NCBI GenBank assembly: GCA_963662545.2
Contig: CAXXLL010000003.1
Location: 2,208,001-2,272,000, forward strand
Source: Gammaproteobacteria bacterium
GTDB taxonomy: Bacteria > Pseudomonadota > Gammaproteobacteria > Ga0077536
Length of the DNA: 64,000 nucleotides
Direction: 5' to 3'
The translations under genes were made by a program, and so were the position numbers. Below the pieces are notes generated by a model. It was not told the DNA's origin, searched no databases, and saw only the letters and a list, made by a program, of their open reading frames with translations. Positions within the stretch are counted from its first letter, which is position 1, and each line of letters begins with the position of its first letter. Shown here piece after piece: positions 10,198 through 18,682 of the stretch.

Positions 10198-10487
10198 CGG
10201 TCGCGACCGAGCGCTTTGGATAAAAAATCCTTCTCCATTGTCAGTTGACCGATTTTGGCGTGGAGCTTCTCGGTCTCGCGTTCACCGTTCTCGCCTCCGT
10301 CCTTAGCGCCATTGCCAAAAAACTCCTCCGCTTGCGACAACAGCTTCTTCTTCCAGTCCTGGATTTGATTGGGGTGAATATCAAACTGCTCAGCGAGTTC
10401 AACCATCGTGCGGTCCTCTCGAACCGCCGCCACAGCCACTTTCGCCTTGAAGCTTGCCGAATGATTGCGTCGTTTCCTCTTTGTCAT
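10194..10487 (-). CDS. IS3 family transposase OrfA (HTH)
   Basis: HSASFKAKVA..ELAEQFDIHPNQIQDWK; slippery TTTTTTAT near the orfA/orfB overlap. Confidence 0.9.
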   Translation of the reverse strand: MTKRKRRNHSASFKAKVAVAAVREDRTMVELAEQFDIHPNQIQDWKKKLLSQAEEFFGNGAKDGGENGERETEKLHAKIGQLTMEKDFLSKALGRDR

Positions 10488-10669
10488 CTTCTGCTCCTTC
10501 TCCGCCGAGTACTTTAATACAGAAGATTTCACTTAGCTCCGCCGTTCAGCTGTCCAATCGATGGGGTCCACCGCTGTAAACTGTCAATTGACGTTGCGGA
10601 GTAACAGCCATGACGAGAAAACAGCTCAATGGGAGCACGGATCTGCTCGCCAAGGCGATGCGGAAAGTA

Positions 10670-12055
10670 GAGTTATAACGGAATCTGGTGTTTGAGATAG
10701 TTGAAGAAAGGCGGCGTATCTGGTTGAAATGTTGTTACCAAGCAGCAAGCCAACCAAAGAGGATACGCCACCATGAGAGAGAGTAACGTTGTTGAAATAT
10801 CAGGTCGAGGAGGAATTTCAGATCCGTTGACGGAGGTTTTGAGAAACGGTGCACGGGCGCTGATTGAGCGAGCAGTTGAACGCGAGCTGGCAGAGTATTT
10901 GGCGCAGTATTCAAGCCATCGCACGGCGGACGACAAAGCGGGTGTCGTTCGGAACGGCTATTTGCCGGAGCGACAGTTGCAGACGGGCTTGGGGACGGTC
11001 ACGGTCAGGATACCGAAGGTTCGTTCGAAGCTCGGCGAGCCGGTGACCTTCCGTTCAGCGCTGGTGCCGCCGTATGTGCGCAAGACAAGAACCCTGGAGG
11101 CGGCCGTGCCGTGGCTGTATTTGAAGGGCGTTTCCAGTGGCGAAATGGGCGCTGCGCTGGAAGTTTTGTTGGGGCCGCAGGCGAAGGGCCTGTCGGCGAG
11201 CACCGTGTCGCGCTTGAAGCAGGTGTGGGCGCAAGAATACCGCGACTGGTGCGAGGGGCGATTGGACCAGGACCGCTGGGTGTAGGTGTGGGCGGACGGT
11301 GTCTACAGTGGCCTGCGGGCGGAGCACACGAAGCTGTGTGCGTTGGTGGTGATCGGCGTCAATGAGCGAGGTGAGAAGCGTTTTTTGGCGATGGAGGATG
11401 GTGTGCGGGAGTCCACGCAGAGCTGGCGCGAGGTGTTGCTGAAATTGAAGTCACGCGGGATGAATATTCCCAAGCTGGCGATCGGGGACGGTGCCATGGG
11501 CTTCCGGGCCGCACTGGAGGAAGTCTACGGTGAGACCCGCCAGCAACGCTGCTGGATGCACAAGACGATGAACGTGCTGAACTGCCTGCCGAAGTCGGCA
11601 CAGGCCAAAGCCAGGCAAGCCCTGCACGCGATCTGGCAGGCCGCGACAAAGGCCGACGCCGAGAAGGCGTTCGAGCTGTTCCTCAAGACCTATGAACCGA
11701 AGTATCCCAGGGCGACCCTGTGCCTACAGAAAGACCGTGAGGAGTTGCTGGTGTTCTATGATTTTCCGGCACCACATTGGCAAAGCATTCGCACGAGCAA
11801 TCCGATTGAATCCACCTTCGCTACGATCCGGCACCGGACCCGGCGCTCCAAGGGCTGTCTCTCTCGGGACGGCATGCTCCATATGATGTTCAAGCTGGGG
11901 CGGTGTGCGCAGAAGAATTGGCGACGCCTACGTGGATTCGACTATCTGGCCAAGGTGATTACTGGAGTTAAATTTGAAGATGGTATCGAGGTGACAAGGG
12001 TCAATCAGGTCGCCGCTTGATTCAACCGCCTGAACACCACTTTTGACAATAACTC
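10670..12055 (+). mobile_element. IS256 family insertion sequence
   Basis: IRs GAGTTATAACGGAATCTGGTGTT / (rc) GAGTTATTGTCAAAAGTGGTGTT; 9-bp TSD CGGAAAGTA at 10661-10669 and 12056-12064. Confidence 0.9.
10773..12020 (+). pseudogene. IS256 transposase with in-frame TAG at 11283-11285
   Basis: Two same-frame ORFs (RNGYLPER, WADGV, IGDGAMG, QRCWMHK, TSNPIES motifs) separated by one stop at the expected Tyr codon. Confidence 0.9.
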
Positions 12056-12161
12056 CGGAAAGTATTTGAAGAGTGCCTGGAATCTACTCATGGGGCGGTA
12101 AAAGAAGACCTCGGCAAGATGGAAGGCCGTTTGACCGAGCGCATAGATGACGTAAATGATC

Positions 12162-12205
12162 GGTGTTTATATACTTGACGACACGCCGTCAAGTATATAA
12201 ACACC
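12162..12205. repeat. Perfect 19-bp inverted repeat with 6-nt spacer
   Basis: GGTGTTTATATACTTGACG-acacgc-CGTCAAGTATATAAACACC. Confidence 0.9.
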
Positions 12206-12309
12206 AAAGTATTGAAAGCCGGCGTCGGATTTCAATCGCAGGCCGAACGCCGGTCTCGATCGACGCGCGCCCTCGCCCATGTCCTGGGCGCTCAAACCAT
12301 GGCTGAGCC

Positions 12310-12470
12310 GGGTTCCAGATGCGCGATAATTCACTTTATCGCGCGTCAGCCCCGGTCGCCGCATGGGACCCGCAGCAATCGAGGACCGGGGGGGGCTCCT
12401 TTTTGCCTCGCCGCTCGATTCGAAGTACCTATGGGTCCATCCGTCCCACGGGAGCCCTCGCGCGTAAGGC
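12310..12470 (+). other. Conserved structured non-coding motif, copy A
   Basis: Homologous to the reverse complement of 13222-13383; nested stems GGGTTCCA/TGGGACCC and GATGCGCGATAA/TTATCGCGCGTC, a G-run and an AAGTACCTATGGGTC block. Confidence 0.7.
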
Positions 12471-12496
12471 CGAAATCGGTCAAACATTGACCGGTC

Positions 12497-12901
12497 TGGC
12501 ACAGAAATATCATGTTGCTGTGCCGGCAGTGTGCCGGCAGGGGGCCATGAAATCATGGGGTTACGGAGGGGCTGTGCCGGAGTGTGCCGGCAGTGTGCCG
12601 GGTTTTGGGGGGCTATTATTATTATTATTCAATAAGATAGGTAGGTAGTAGGTTGACGTTACCCCGTTTCCCCCCGGAAATGCCCCCCGACGTGTGTGCG
12701 CACGCCTCGCGCTTACGCACACGCGCGCACCCGACCCACCTATTTTGCGGCGGATCTGTGTCATTTGCCGCTTTTCCGTTACGGTTCAATGAGTTATCTG
12801 GCACAAGCCCGGCACAGCGTTGTGCCGGGAACCTGAATCTCCCGAAGATTCAGAGGTCTAACATACCCTCTCCAGCACATGGTAATTTGAGTTTGTGCCG
12901 G
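12497..12901. repeat. Iteron-like TGTGCCGG array with (TAT)n AT-rich core; putative replication origin
   Basis: TGTGCCGG at 12519, 12530, 12573, 12583, 12594, 12821 and 12894; inverted copy at 12809; CTATTATTATTATTATTC at ~12613. Confidence 0.6.
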
Positions 12902-12933
12902 CGCTGGGTAGTGTCTCAGTCAGACGTTTTCCA

Positions 12934-13080
12934 ATGACAAAAAATGACCCGACCGAGGTCTATAACATGCTCGACGACCTCGGTTTGCTGGAGGGCATTG
13001 GCCGGGAGCTGGACAACATCACGAAGATTATCTGGCGCTGCCTCAGAAACTATCGCGACAAAGCGCTAATTTCATACTGA
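12934..13080 (+). CDS. Small hypothetical protein (~48 aa)
   Basis: MTKNDPTEVYNMLDDLGLLEGIGRELDNITKIIWRCLRNYRDKALISY; protein-like amphipathic composition, no family recognised. Confidence 0.35.
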   Translation: MTKNDPTEVYNMLDDLGLLEGIGRELDNITKIIWRCLRNYRDKALISY

Positions 13081-13221
13081 GACACTGCCACATATTCGCA
13101 TGCGTTTAAGGTCACCGAATACCCATGGAACAATCCGCCCGTCAATACAATGTTGTAATTCCCGTGCGCTAACCAGTCGAGGCTGGTGAGTACGGAAACG
13201 CCAGGGTGTCAAAACCTCAGC

Positions 13222-13383
13222 GCCTCGCGCGTAGGCCCCAACAAGTGAGACAACGAGACCCATAGGTACTTAAGCCAAACGCCGACGTGGTTGGACGACC
13301 CCCCCTGGTGCTTCAAGCCAAAGGGTCCCATCTGCGACTCTTTCCACATGCGCGATAAACTCAATTTTCGCGCATCGGGACCC
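13222..13383 (-). other. Conserved structured non-coding motif, copy B (inverted)
   Basis: Minus strand reads GGGTCCC-GATGCGCGAAAA..TTATCGCGCAT..ATGGGACCC..ACCAGGGGGG..AAGTACCTATGGGTC..CGCGCGAGGC. Confidence 0.7.
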
Positions 13384-13776
13384 TGATTAAGCTAGGAGTG
13401 GTCGACGAAAATTTGCTGCCGCACGCCATCGTGGCCGCTTGCCCGGAGACACGTTTCGTTGCGTCCGGCGGCATTCGAGATCTTATAGCTCCGGCTAAGA
13501 CATGTCCCGACCGTAGCTGAAAAGGCCCGGTTTCCGCATCGGTAATTAACCTGGAGCCCTTCTAAGGGATCACGCCACTCGCGCTCGAGTTTCATCCAGC
13601 TGTCGGTTTGCCTTTTACAAGCACCTTGGGCATACGACCTGCTTACGCCAGAGCAACCCTTTGCTCGCACAACTCAAGTCAGTAAGTTCTTCTGATCTTT
13701 GGCATCGTGGACGCCTCTCATCGTCAAGGTTTAGATGCCCACGACAGCGAGTCAAGACCGCATGGCATTCTCTTTA

Positions 13777-13815
13777 GACATTCACAATGGTGACATTCAC
13801 AATGATTGTGAATGT
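13777..13815. promoter_or_regulatory. Operator-like direct plus inverted repeat
   Basis: GACATTCACAATG twice (13777, 13792); the second is part of the palindrome ACATTCACAAT-G-ATTGTGAATGT. Confidence 0.5.
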
Positions 13816-13955
13816 ACAGTAAGGTATTAAAACGTCCCGTATCACCCACGACTGACTTGAATTGAACAGCGAAGTTGAGCACGTCGTGGAATAGCTGGTG
13901 CGCAGATCCAGGGTAGCCGAAACCATGCTCCGTGCCGACCAAATTGGAGACAGCC

Positions 13956-15077
13956 ATGACCGAATACGTTCCTCTTCCGCCTGGACCTGACAACCAATAC
14001 ATACCCTCTCCCAAAGCGATGAGGCTATTGGATAAACGCCTCAAGGCATCACCCGAGGAATTCGCTATGTGGGCATATCGGGGACCGGAAGATAGCGGTC
14101 TTCGTGTATACACCAATGCCAATGAGCTCGATCCGCCGCCCGAGGTTCGTTTTGATCCGTCCTTGGGAGGGGACCCCGATTACCTGTCACCCTTGATGGC
14201 GTGTTGGTTTCGGGAACAGGACATCCTGAATTTCATTCCGGACGAGCGGTACATGACCGGCGCAGCACTCATTGAGCGCTGGAGCGGGCATTCAGACATC
14301 CAACCCGAGGCGTTCATACTTGCCAAAATTGAGGAGGACCGCCTTCTAGACATGCACCTGGTTTGGGGCCTGACGCAAGGAAGTATGTCCGGCGACGAGT
14401 GGTATCCGCCGATGTCGGACGGCTTATTTGAGCTGTCTAAAATCGAAGCCATCGAAAAGGAGGATCTCGACTTCACAGAGAGCGACACATCAGAAACGAC
14501 TGTAGACGACCAAACGGGGAGTGATCTCGCTCCGGACGCAAACCTGCGAGAAACAACTGATCCTTGCGCCGTATTCCGCGAGATGGAGCATCTTGCGGCC
14601 GACGAGGTCACCATCGCATTTGTCGGCGATCGAAATGAGGACGGGCTGGGGGCAAATAACATGCTCGAGATTTCTGCGCGCGATACCAGAAAGCGCGTTC
14701 CTCTCGCGACTCTTGAACTCATCGATAAACGAAGGGGTACGTTGAATCGCCAAGGCGGCATCCTTTTGGGCTTCGCGCAAAATCGCATGGCGCCTCGAAA
14801 CAACAAGAATTCGAAAACGGTGTCCCGGTTGCGTTCGTCACTACGCCGTTGCCTGGGCCTGCATGGAGATCCGTTTGAGGACTGCAAGCTCGGAGGCGGT
14901 TGGCAGCCTAGGTTCCGGATCGTTGACAAGCGAGGCGCAGCGGACGACCGCGCCGGGAGAGAGGCTGAAAAGCGCACGGAATCGTTTGAGCAAGCCGGTG
15001 AACGCGGCGGCCACTTCTCAGACGCTGACGAGGCAATGGGGTCTTCCGACCATGAGGACGACGACGCTGACGCGTGA
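13956..15077 (+). CDS. Hypothetical protein, possible C-terminal winged-helix DNA-binding domain
   Basis: Long ORF with GGAG RBS, upstream of alpA; C-terminal KTVSRLRSSLRRCLGLHGDPF..GWQPRF resembles a wHTH. Confidence 0.65.
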   Translation: MTEYVPLPPGPDNQYIPSPKAMRLLDKRLKASPEEFAMWAYRGPEDSGLRVYTNANELDPPPEVRFDPSLGGDPDYLSPLMACWFREQDILNFIPDERYMTGAALIERWSGHSDIQPEAFILAKIEEDRLLDMHLVWGLTQGSMSGDEWYPPMSDGLFELSKIEAIEKEDLDFTESDTSETTVDDQTGSDLAPDANLRETTDPCAVFREMEHLAADEVTIAFVGDRNEDGLGANNMLEISARDTRKRVPLATLELIDKRRGTLNRQGGILLGFAQNRMAPRNNKNSKTVSRLRSSLRRCLGLHGDPFEDCKLGGGWQPRFRIVDKRGAADDRAGREAEKRTESFEQAGERGGHFSDADEAMGSSDHEDDDADA

Positions 15078-15279
15078 CTGCGTGAAAATGATCCAGGAGC
15101 TGCCGGCAGTACGTGACAAGTCATCGTGACAACATGACAAGTCAGCGAGTTGTCATGACAAATGCAATCGCCCTAATCTCCCTTAGTTCTCTATTTTTCA
15201 TACACTTACGTGGGGTCGTGTGACATGTCACGTGTACTGGTATGCAGCATGGTGCTGTGCGATGCCAGGAGGTTTGCGC

Positions 15280-15522
15280 ATGACCTACACGATTCTTCGA
15301 TTGCCGGAAGTACTGAAACGACGCGGTAGATCGAGAAGTGCGCACTACATGGATGTGGGCGCGCGCTTGTTTACGAAGCCGGTAGCGATCGGTGCCCGTG
15401 CGGTTGGCTGGCCCGAACACGAAGTCGATACGCTCAATGCGGCTCGTATCGCCGGGAAATCAGACGATGAGATCCGAGCCCTCGTCGCAGAGTTGGAGAC
15501 TGCCCGCGGAGTGGCGGCGTAA
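15280..15522 (+). CDS. alpA: AlpA family phage regulatory protein/excisionase
   Basis: ILRLPEVLKRRGRSRSAHY..FTKPVAIGARAVGWPEHEV. Confidence 0.9.
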   Translation: MTYTILRLPEVLKRRGRSRSAHYMDVGARLFTKPVAIGARAVGWPEHEVDTLNAARIAGKSDDEIRALVAELETARGVAA

Positions 15523-15647
15523 GGGCAGACGGGTCAAGCCGAGCGGTACGAGAAATTAATGTCGGCGGGGTTCCAAACGGCAGTAACACCTACCTACGCG
15601 CCAGCTGGGGAAATGGTCGCCCGCGAGGCTGACGGGAACGCTGCCCG

Positions 15648-16535
15648 ATGAATGACGCGGCCTCCCTGTTCCGTGACGCGGTCCGGGCCGTTGGCTTGAC
15701 ACCACCCGATGTGATTGAGCCCGGCCAACTGCATCGCTTTCCAGGCGTCGGCAAAGGCCACGGTAACACCGCCGGATGGTGCAGGCTCTTCGAGGACGGT
15801 TTGGGCGGTTGCTTCGGTGACTGGTCTTCGGGCCTGTCCGAAACCTGGCAGGCGAAGCGCAACAAGCCTTATACGCGTGCCGAACGGGCCGCCTTCACCT
15901 GTCAGGTGGAGGCCGCGAGGGGCCGCGTCGAGTCGGCGCGTCGCGCCCAGCACGCCGAAGCCGCAGACCGGGCCAATGCAATCTGGTATGCGGCAGCACC
16001 TGCTCCCGGTAATCATCCTTACCTAGTCCGAAAGCGTATCCAGCCCCATGGCGCAAGGCTGCACAAAGGCGCACTGACGTTGCCCGTCACGGACTTTGCC
16101 GACCGGATGACCAGTCTGCAATTCATCTCTGCCGATGGCGCCAAGCGGTTGCTCTCTGGTGGACGCAAGCGCGGCTGCTTCATTCATGTGGCGGGCAATA
16201 TGACGCATTGCTCTCGCATTATCCTCTGCGAGGGCTGGGCTACTGGTTGCACCCTGGCCGAGGATGAACCCGCCACGCTGGTGCTGGCCGCCATTGATGC
16301 GGGGAATCTGGAGCCGGTTGCGGTGGCTGCCCGCCGCCGTTGGCCGCACGTTGAGCAGGTGATTGCGGGTGATGATGACCGGCTGACGGCTGGCAATCCC
16401 GGCGCGGCCAAGGCGAAGGCTGCCGCCATTGCATCCAGGGCGCTGCTGGCCCTCCCCGAGTGGCCGGCAGGTGCACCCATGCATCTGACCGACTTCAACG
16501 ACCTAGCCGTGTGGCTAGCAGGAGGCAGGGCATGA
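15648..16535 (+). CDS. Toprim-domain primase (P4 alpha/TraC-like)
   Basis: HPYLVRKRI, SLQFI, LCEGWATG, AIDAGNL, IAGDDD and TDFNDL motifs. Confidence 0.85.
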   Translation: MNDAASLFRDAVRAVGLTPPDVIEPGQLHRFPGVGKGHGNTAGWCRLFEDGLGGCFGDWSSGLSETWQAKRNKPYTRAERAAFTCQVEAARGRVESARRAQHAEAADRANAIWYAAAPAPGNHPYLVRKRIQPHGARLHKGALTLPVTDFADRMTSLQFISADGAKRLLSGGRKRGCFIHVAGNMTHCSRIILCEGWATGCTLAEDEPATLVLAAIDAGNLEPVAVAARRRWPHVEQVIAGDDDRLTAGNPGAAKAKAAAIASRALLALPEWPAGAPMHLTDFNDLAVWLAGGRA

Positions 16536-18049
16536 CCACTCAGTTGCTGAAATCCGCCGCACCGCCGGAGAAAGAATGGCCGGACTTGGTCCAGCTGGAT
16601 GCACCCAACCTGCCCCACCTCGACTTGGCGCATCTGCCCAGCTGGGCAGGAGACTACGCCCGCGCACTCGCCGCCGCCACCGAGACCCCGCCAGAGCTGG
16701 CTGCAGGAATGATCTTGGTCACCTGTGCCGCCGCTGCCGTGCGGCACCTGCGGGTGCAGGTGAAACCGGACTACTTTGAGCCCTGCAACCTGTGGGTCGT
16801 AGTCGCCCTACCACCCGGTAATCGCAAAAGTGCCGTGCAGGGCGCCGCCACTGCGCCGCTGGCGGCATGGGAGCGGGATCAGGCGAAGAACATGAAAACG
16901 GAGATCACGCGCATCAGCAGCGAATGCAAGACCTTGGATGCGCGCGTCAAGGCCAAACGTAACGAAGCTGCGCGGGCGAAAACTCCCGAGCAAGCCGATG
17001 CTCTAGCGAAGGAGGTTGCGGACCTGGAAGCTGACCCGCGCGACGTCCCAGTGACACCGCAAATCTGGACCTCGGACACGACTCCGGAGCGGCTGGGGAT
17101 ACTGTTGGCCGACCACGGCGAATGTATGGCCTGGCTGTCGTCCGAAGGCGGCGTTTTCGACCTGCTCCAAGGTCGATACTCGAACGCTATCCCTAATCTC
17201 GACCTCGTCCTCAAAGCCCACAGTGGCGATTCAGAGCGCGTCGACCGGGTCGGCCGACCACCGGTCTTGCTGCAAAGCCCGCGTCTCAGTATCGGCCTGA
17301 GTCCGCAGCCGGATGTACTACGAGGCCTCGCAACGAAACCCGGATTCCGGGGTCGGGGACTGCTGGGCCGGTTTCTCTATTTGCTCCCACCCTCACCGCT
17401 GGGGTTTCGCACCCTGGAGTCCACTCCCGTGCCTGAGAACATCCGAGATGCCTACGAGTCGGGCGTTCGCGCGATGCTGGATTGGGAGCCCGTCACTGAC
17501 GGACACGGCGACCAACAACCTCACGTGCTCCACCTAAGCGACGAGGCCTACACCGAGTGGCTCGACTTCGCGCGAGCCATCGAAGTCCAGATGCGGCCTA
17601 ACCGTCAGTTCGAGCACTTCACCGACTGGGCCGGCAAGGCTTCCGGTGCCGCGGCACGCCTGGCTGGGGTGCTGCACGGCATCAAACACGCGCACGGCAG
17701 ACCGTGGGAGGCATCCGTCACCATCGAAACCATGACCGCCGCCGTGGAGATCATGGCGGCCATCAGCCAGCACAGCCTAGCAGCGCTGGACCTGATGGGC
17801 GCCGATCCCAGCATTGCCGCCGCCCGGCGGGTGTGGGAGTGGATAGAACGCGGCCGATTGACCCGCTTTACTGTACGAGAAGCCTTCAATGCCCTGCGCG
17901 GCACCTTCCCCCGTGTCGCCATGCTGAACCGTGCCCTGGAGGCCTTGCAAGAGCGCGGCTATGTGGAGGTGATCGCATCACCGCGTGATGGCCCTGGTCG
18001 CCGTCCGTCGCCCACGGTGCGGGTGCGCCCAGGCGTCGTGCAGGGATAG
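16532..18049 (+). CDS. DUF3987 (YfjI-like) helicase-type replication protein
   Basis: P-loop-like LPPGNRKS, DTTPERL, SSEGG, GRGLLGRFL, C-terminal wHTH; ATGA overlap with the primase gene. Confidence 0.85.
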   Translation: MTTQLLKSAAPPEKEWPDLVQLDAPNLPHLDLAHLPSWAGDYARALAAATETPPELAAGMILVTCAAAAVRHLRVQVKPDYFEPCNLWVVVALPPGNRKSAVQGAATAPLAAWERDQAKNMKTEITRISSECKTLDARVKAKRNEAARAKTPEQADALAKEVADLEADPRDVPVTPQIWTSDTTPERLGILLADHGECMAWLSSEGGVFDLLQGRYSNAIPNLDLVLKAHSGDSERVDRVGRPPVLLQSPRLSIGLSPQPDVLRGLATKPGFRGRGLLGRFLYLLPPSPLGFRTLESTPVPENIRDAYESGVRAMLDWEPVTDGHGDQQPHVLHLSDEAYTEWLDFARAIEVQMRPNRQFEHFTDWAGKASGAAARLAGVLHGIKHAHGRPWEASVTIETMTAAVEIMAAISQHSLAALDLMGADPSIAAARRVWEWIERGRLTRFTVREAFNALRGTFPRVAMLNRALEALQERGYVEVIASPRDGPGRRPSPTVRVRPGVVQG

Positions 18050-18051
18050 CA

Positions 18052-18681
18052 ATGAGCTGGCGCGATATCCTAGAGGCGCCTCCACCACAGAAGTCTCCCT
18101 CTACGCATAATTCGCAAAATACGCAGAACTCTGTTGAACCAAGCAGTTGTGCGGATAGTGCGGATTCTGCGTATAGGGATCCCGAGGAAGACGACGCTCG
18201 GCTCCTGGAGGCACTGGCTCACGCGTGCCGAGGACTCTCCATCAAACCCGCGGAGGTCTGCGACGCCTTGGCCCCGGAAGACATCGAGGGTTGGCGATGC
18301 GGTGAGGTACGTGGGGAGAGCCTGGCCGCCTTCGCCGCATCACTCGACCAGCGGAGGGAGATGGAGCGAGGCATTTGCCCGGCGAGCTACACCGAGCAGG
18401 CGACCTGTGCCCAATGCGGCCCGATCTGGTTGTGGACTCAGGGCCAAGTGCTGGGCTGTCCCTGGTGCTGGAATCGGATCCGTGGACTACCAATCCCCCG
18501 CCCTCACCTTGTGCAGTGCGCCGAGTGCCGGCACTGGACCCCCGACTCCATCGGGGACGGCGGTGGCATCGGCTCGTGCGAGGTTGGTGGGCCGCAACCC
18601 GGCCAGATGCCCGCCTACCCGCGGGCGGAACGAATTTGCGACCATTGGCTGCCTGAGCCCGGCACCAAAAAAGAGGATTAA
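18052..18681 (+). CDS. Hypothetical Cys-rich protein with periodic N-terminal repeats
   Basis: CAQC, CPWC and CAEC motifs; N-terminal THNSQNTQNS/CADSADSAY encoded by 9-bp repeats. Confidence 0.65.
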   Translation: MSWRDILEAPPPQKSPSTHNSQNTQNSVEPSSCADSADSAYRDPEEDDARLLEALAHACRGLSIKPAEVCDALAPEDIEGWRCGEVRGESLAAFAASLDQRREMERGICPASYTEQATCAQCGPIWLWTQGQVLGCPWCWNRIRGLPIPRPHLVQCAECRHWTPDSIGDGGGIGSCEVGGPQPGQMPAYPRAERICDHWLPEPGTKKED

Positions 18682-18682
18682 G

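Larger units (their letters stand above)
9305..10575 (-). mobile_element. IS3 family insertion sequence
   Basis: Imperfect IRs AGAAGTGGACCCCGGATCTTGGACA / (rc) AGCGGTGGACCCCATCGATTGGACA flanking orfA and orfB. Confidence 0.85.
10610..12178 (+). pseudogene. Small ORF split by IS256 (reconstructed ~57 aa)
   Basis: Removing IS256 and one copy of the 9-bp TSD restores an open frame MTRKQLNGSTDLLAKAMRKVFEECLESTHGAVKEDLGKMEGRLTERIDDVNDR; GGAG RBS upstream. Confidence 0.55.

Noticed and set aside
11283-11285. Programmed TAG readthrough in the IS256 transposase
   Set aside because: It is a single change at an expected Tyr codon and no recoding machinery is seen; a nonsense mutation or sequencing error is simpler.
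12497-12901. Possible CRISPR array
   Set aside because: Repeats are 8 bp with irregular short spacing; no cas genes.
13072-13700. Short minus-strand ORFs in the island's left module
   Set aside because: No RBS or protein-like features; the region is better explained by the conserved non-coding motif.
14180-15124. Long antisense or alternate-frame ORFs (also 9367-10248, 23594-25015, 28155-29285, 29801-30874)
   Set aside because: Shadow ORFs expected opposite real genes in GC-rich DNA; no recognisable motifs.
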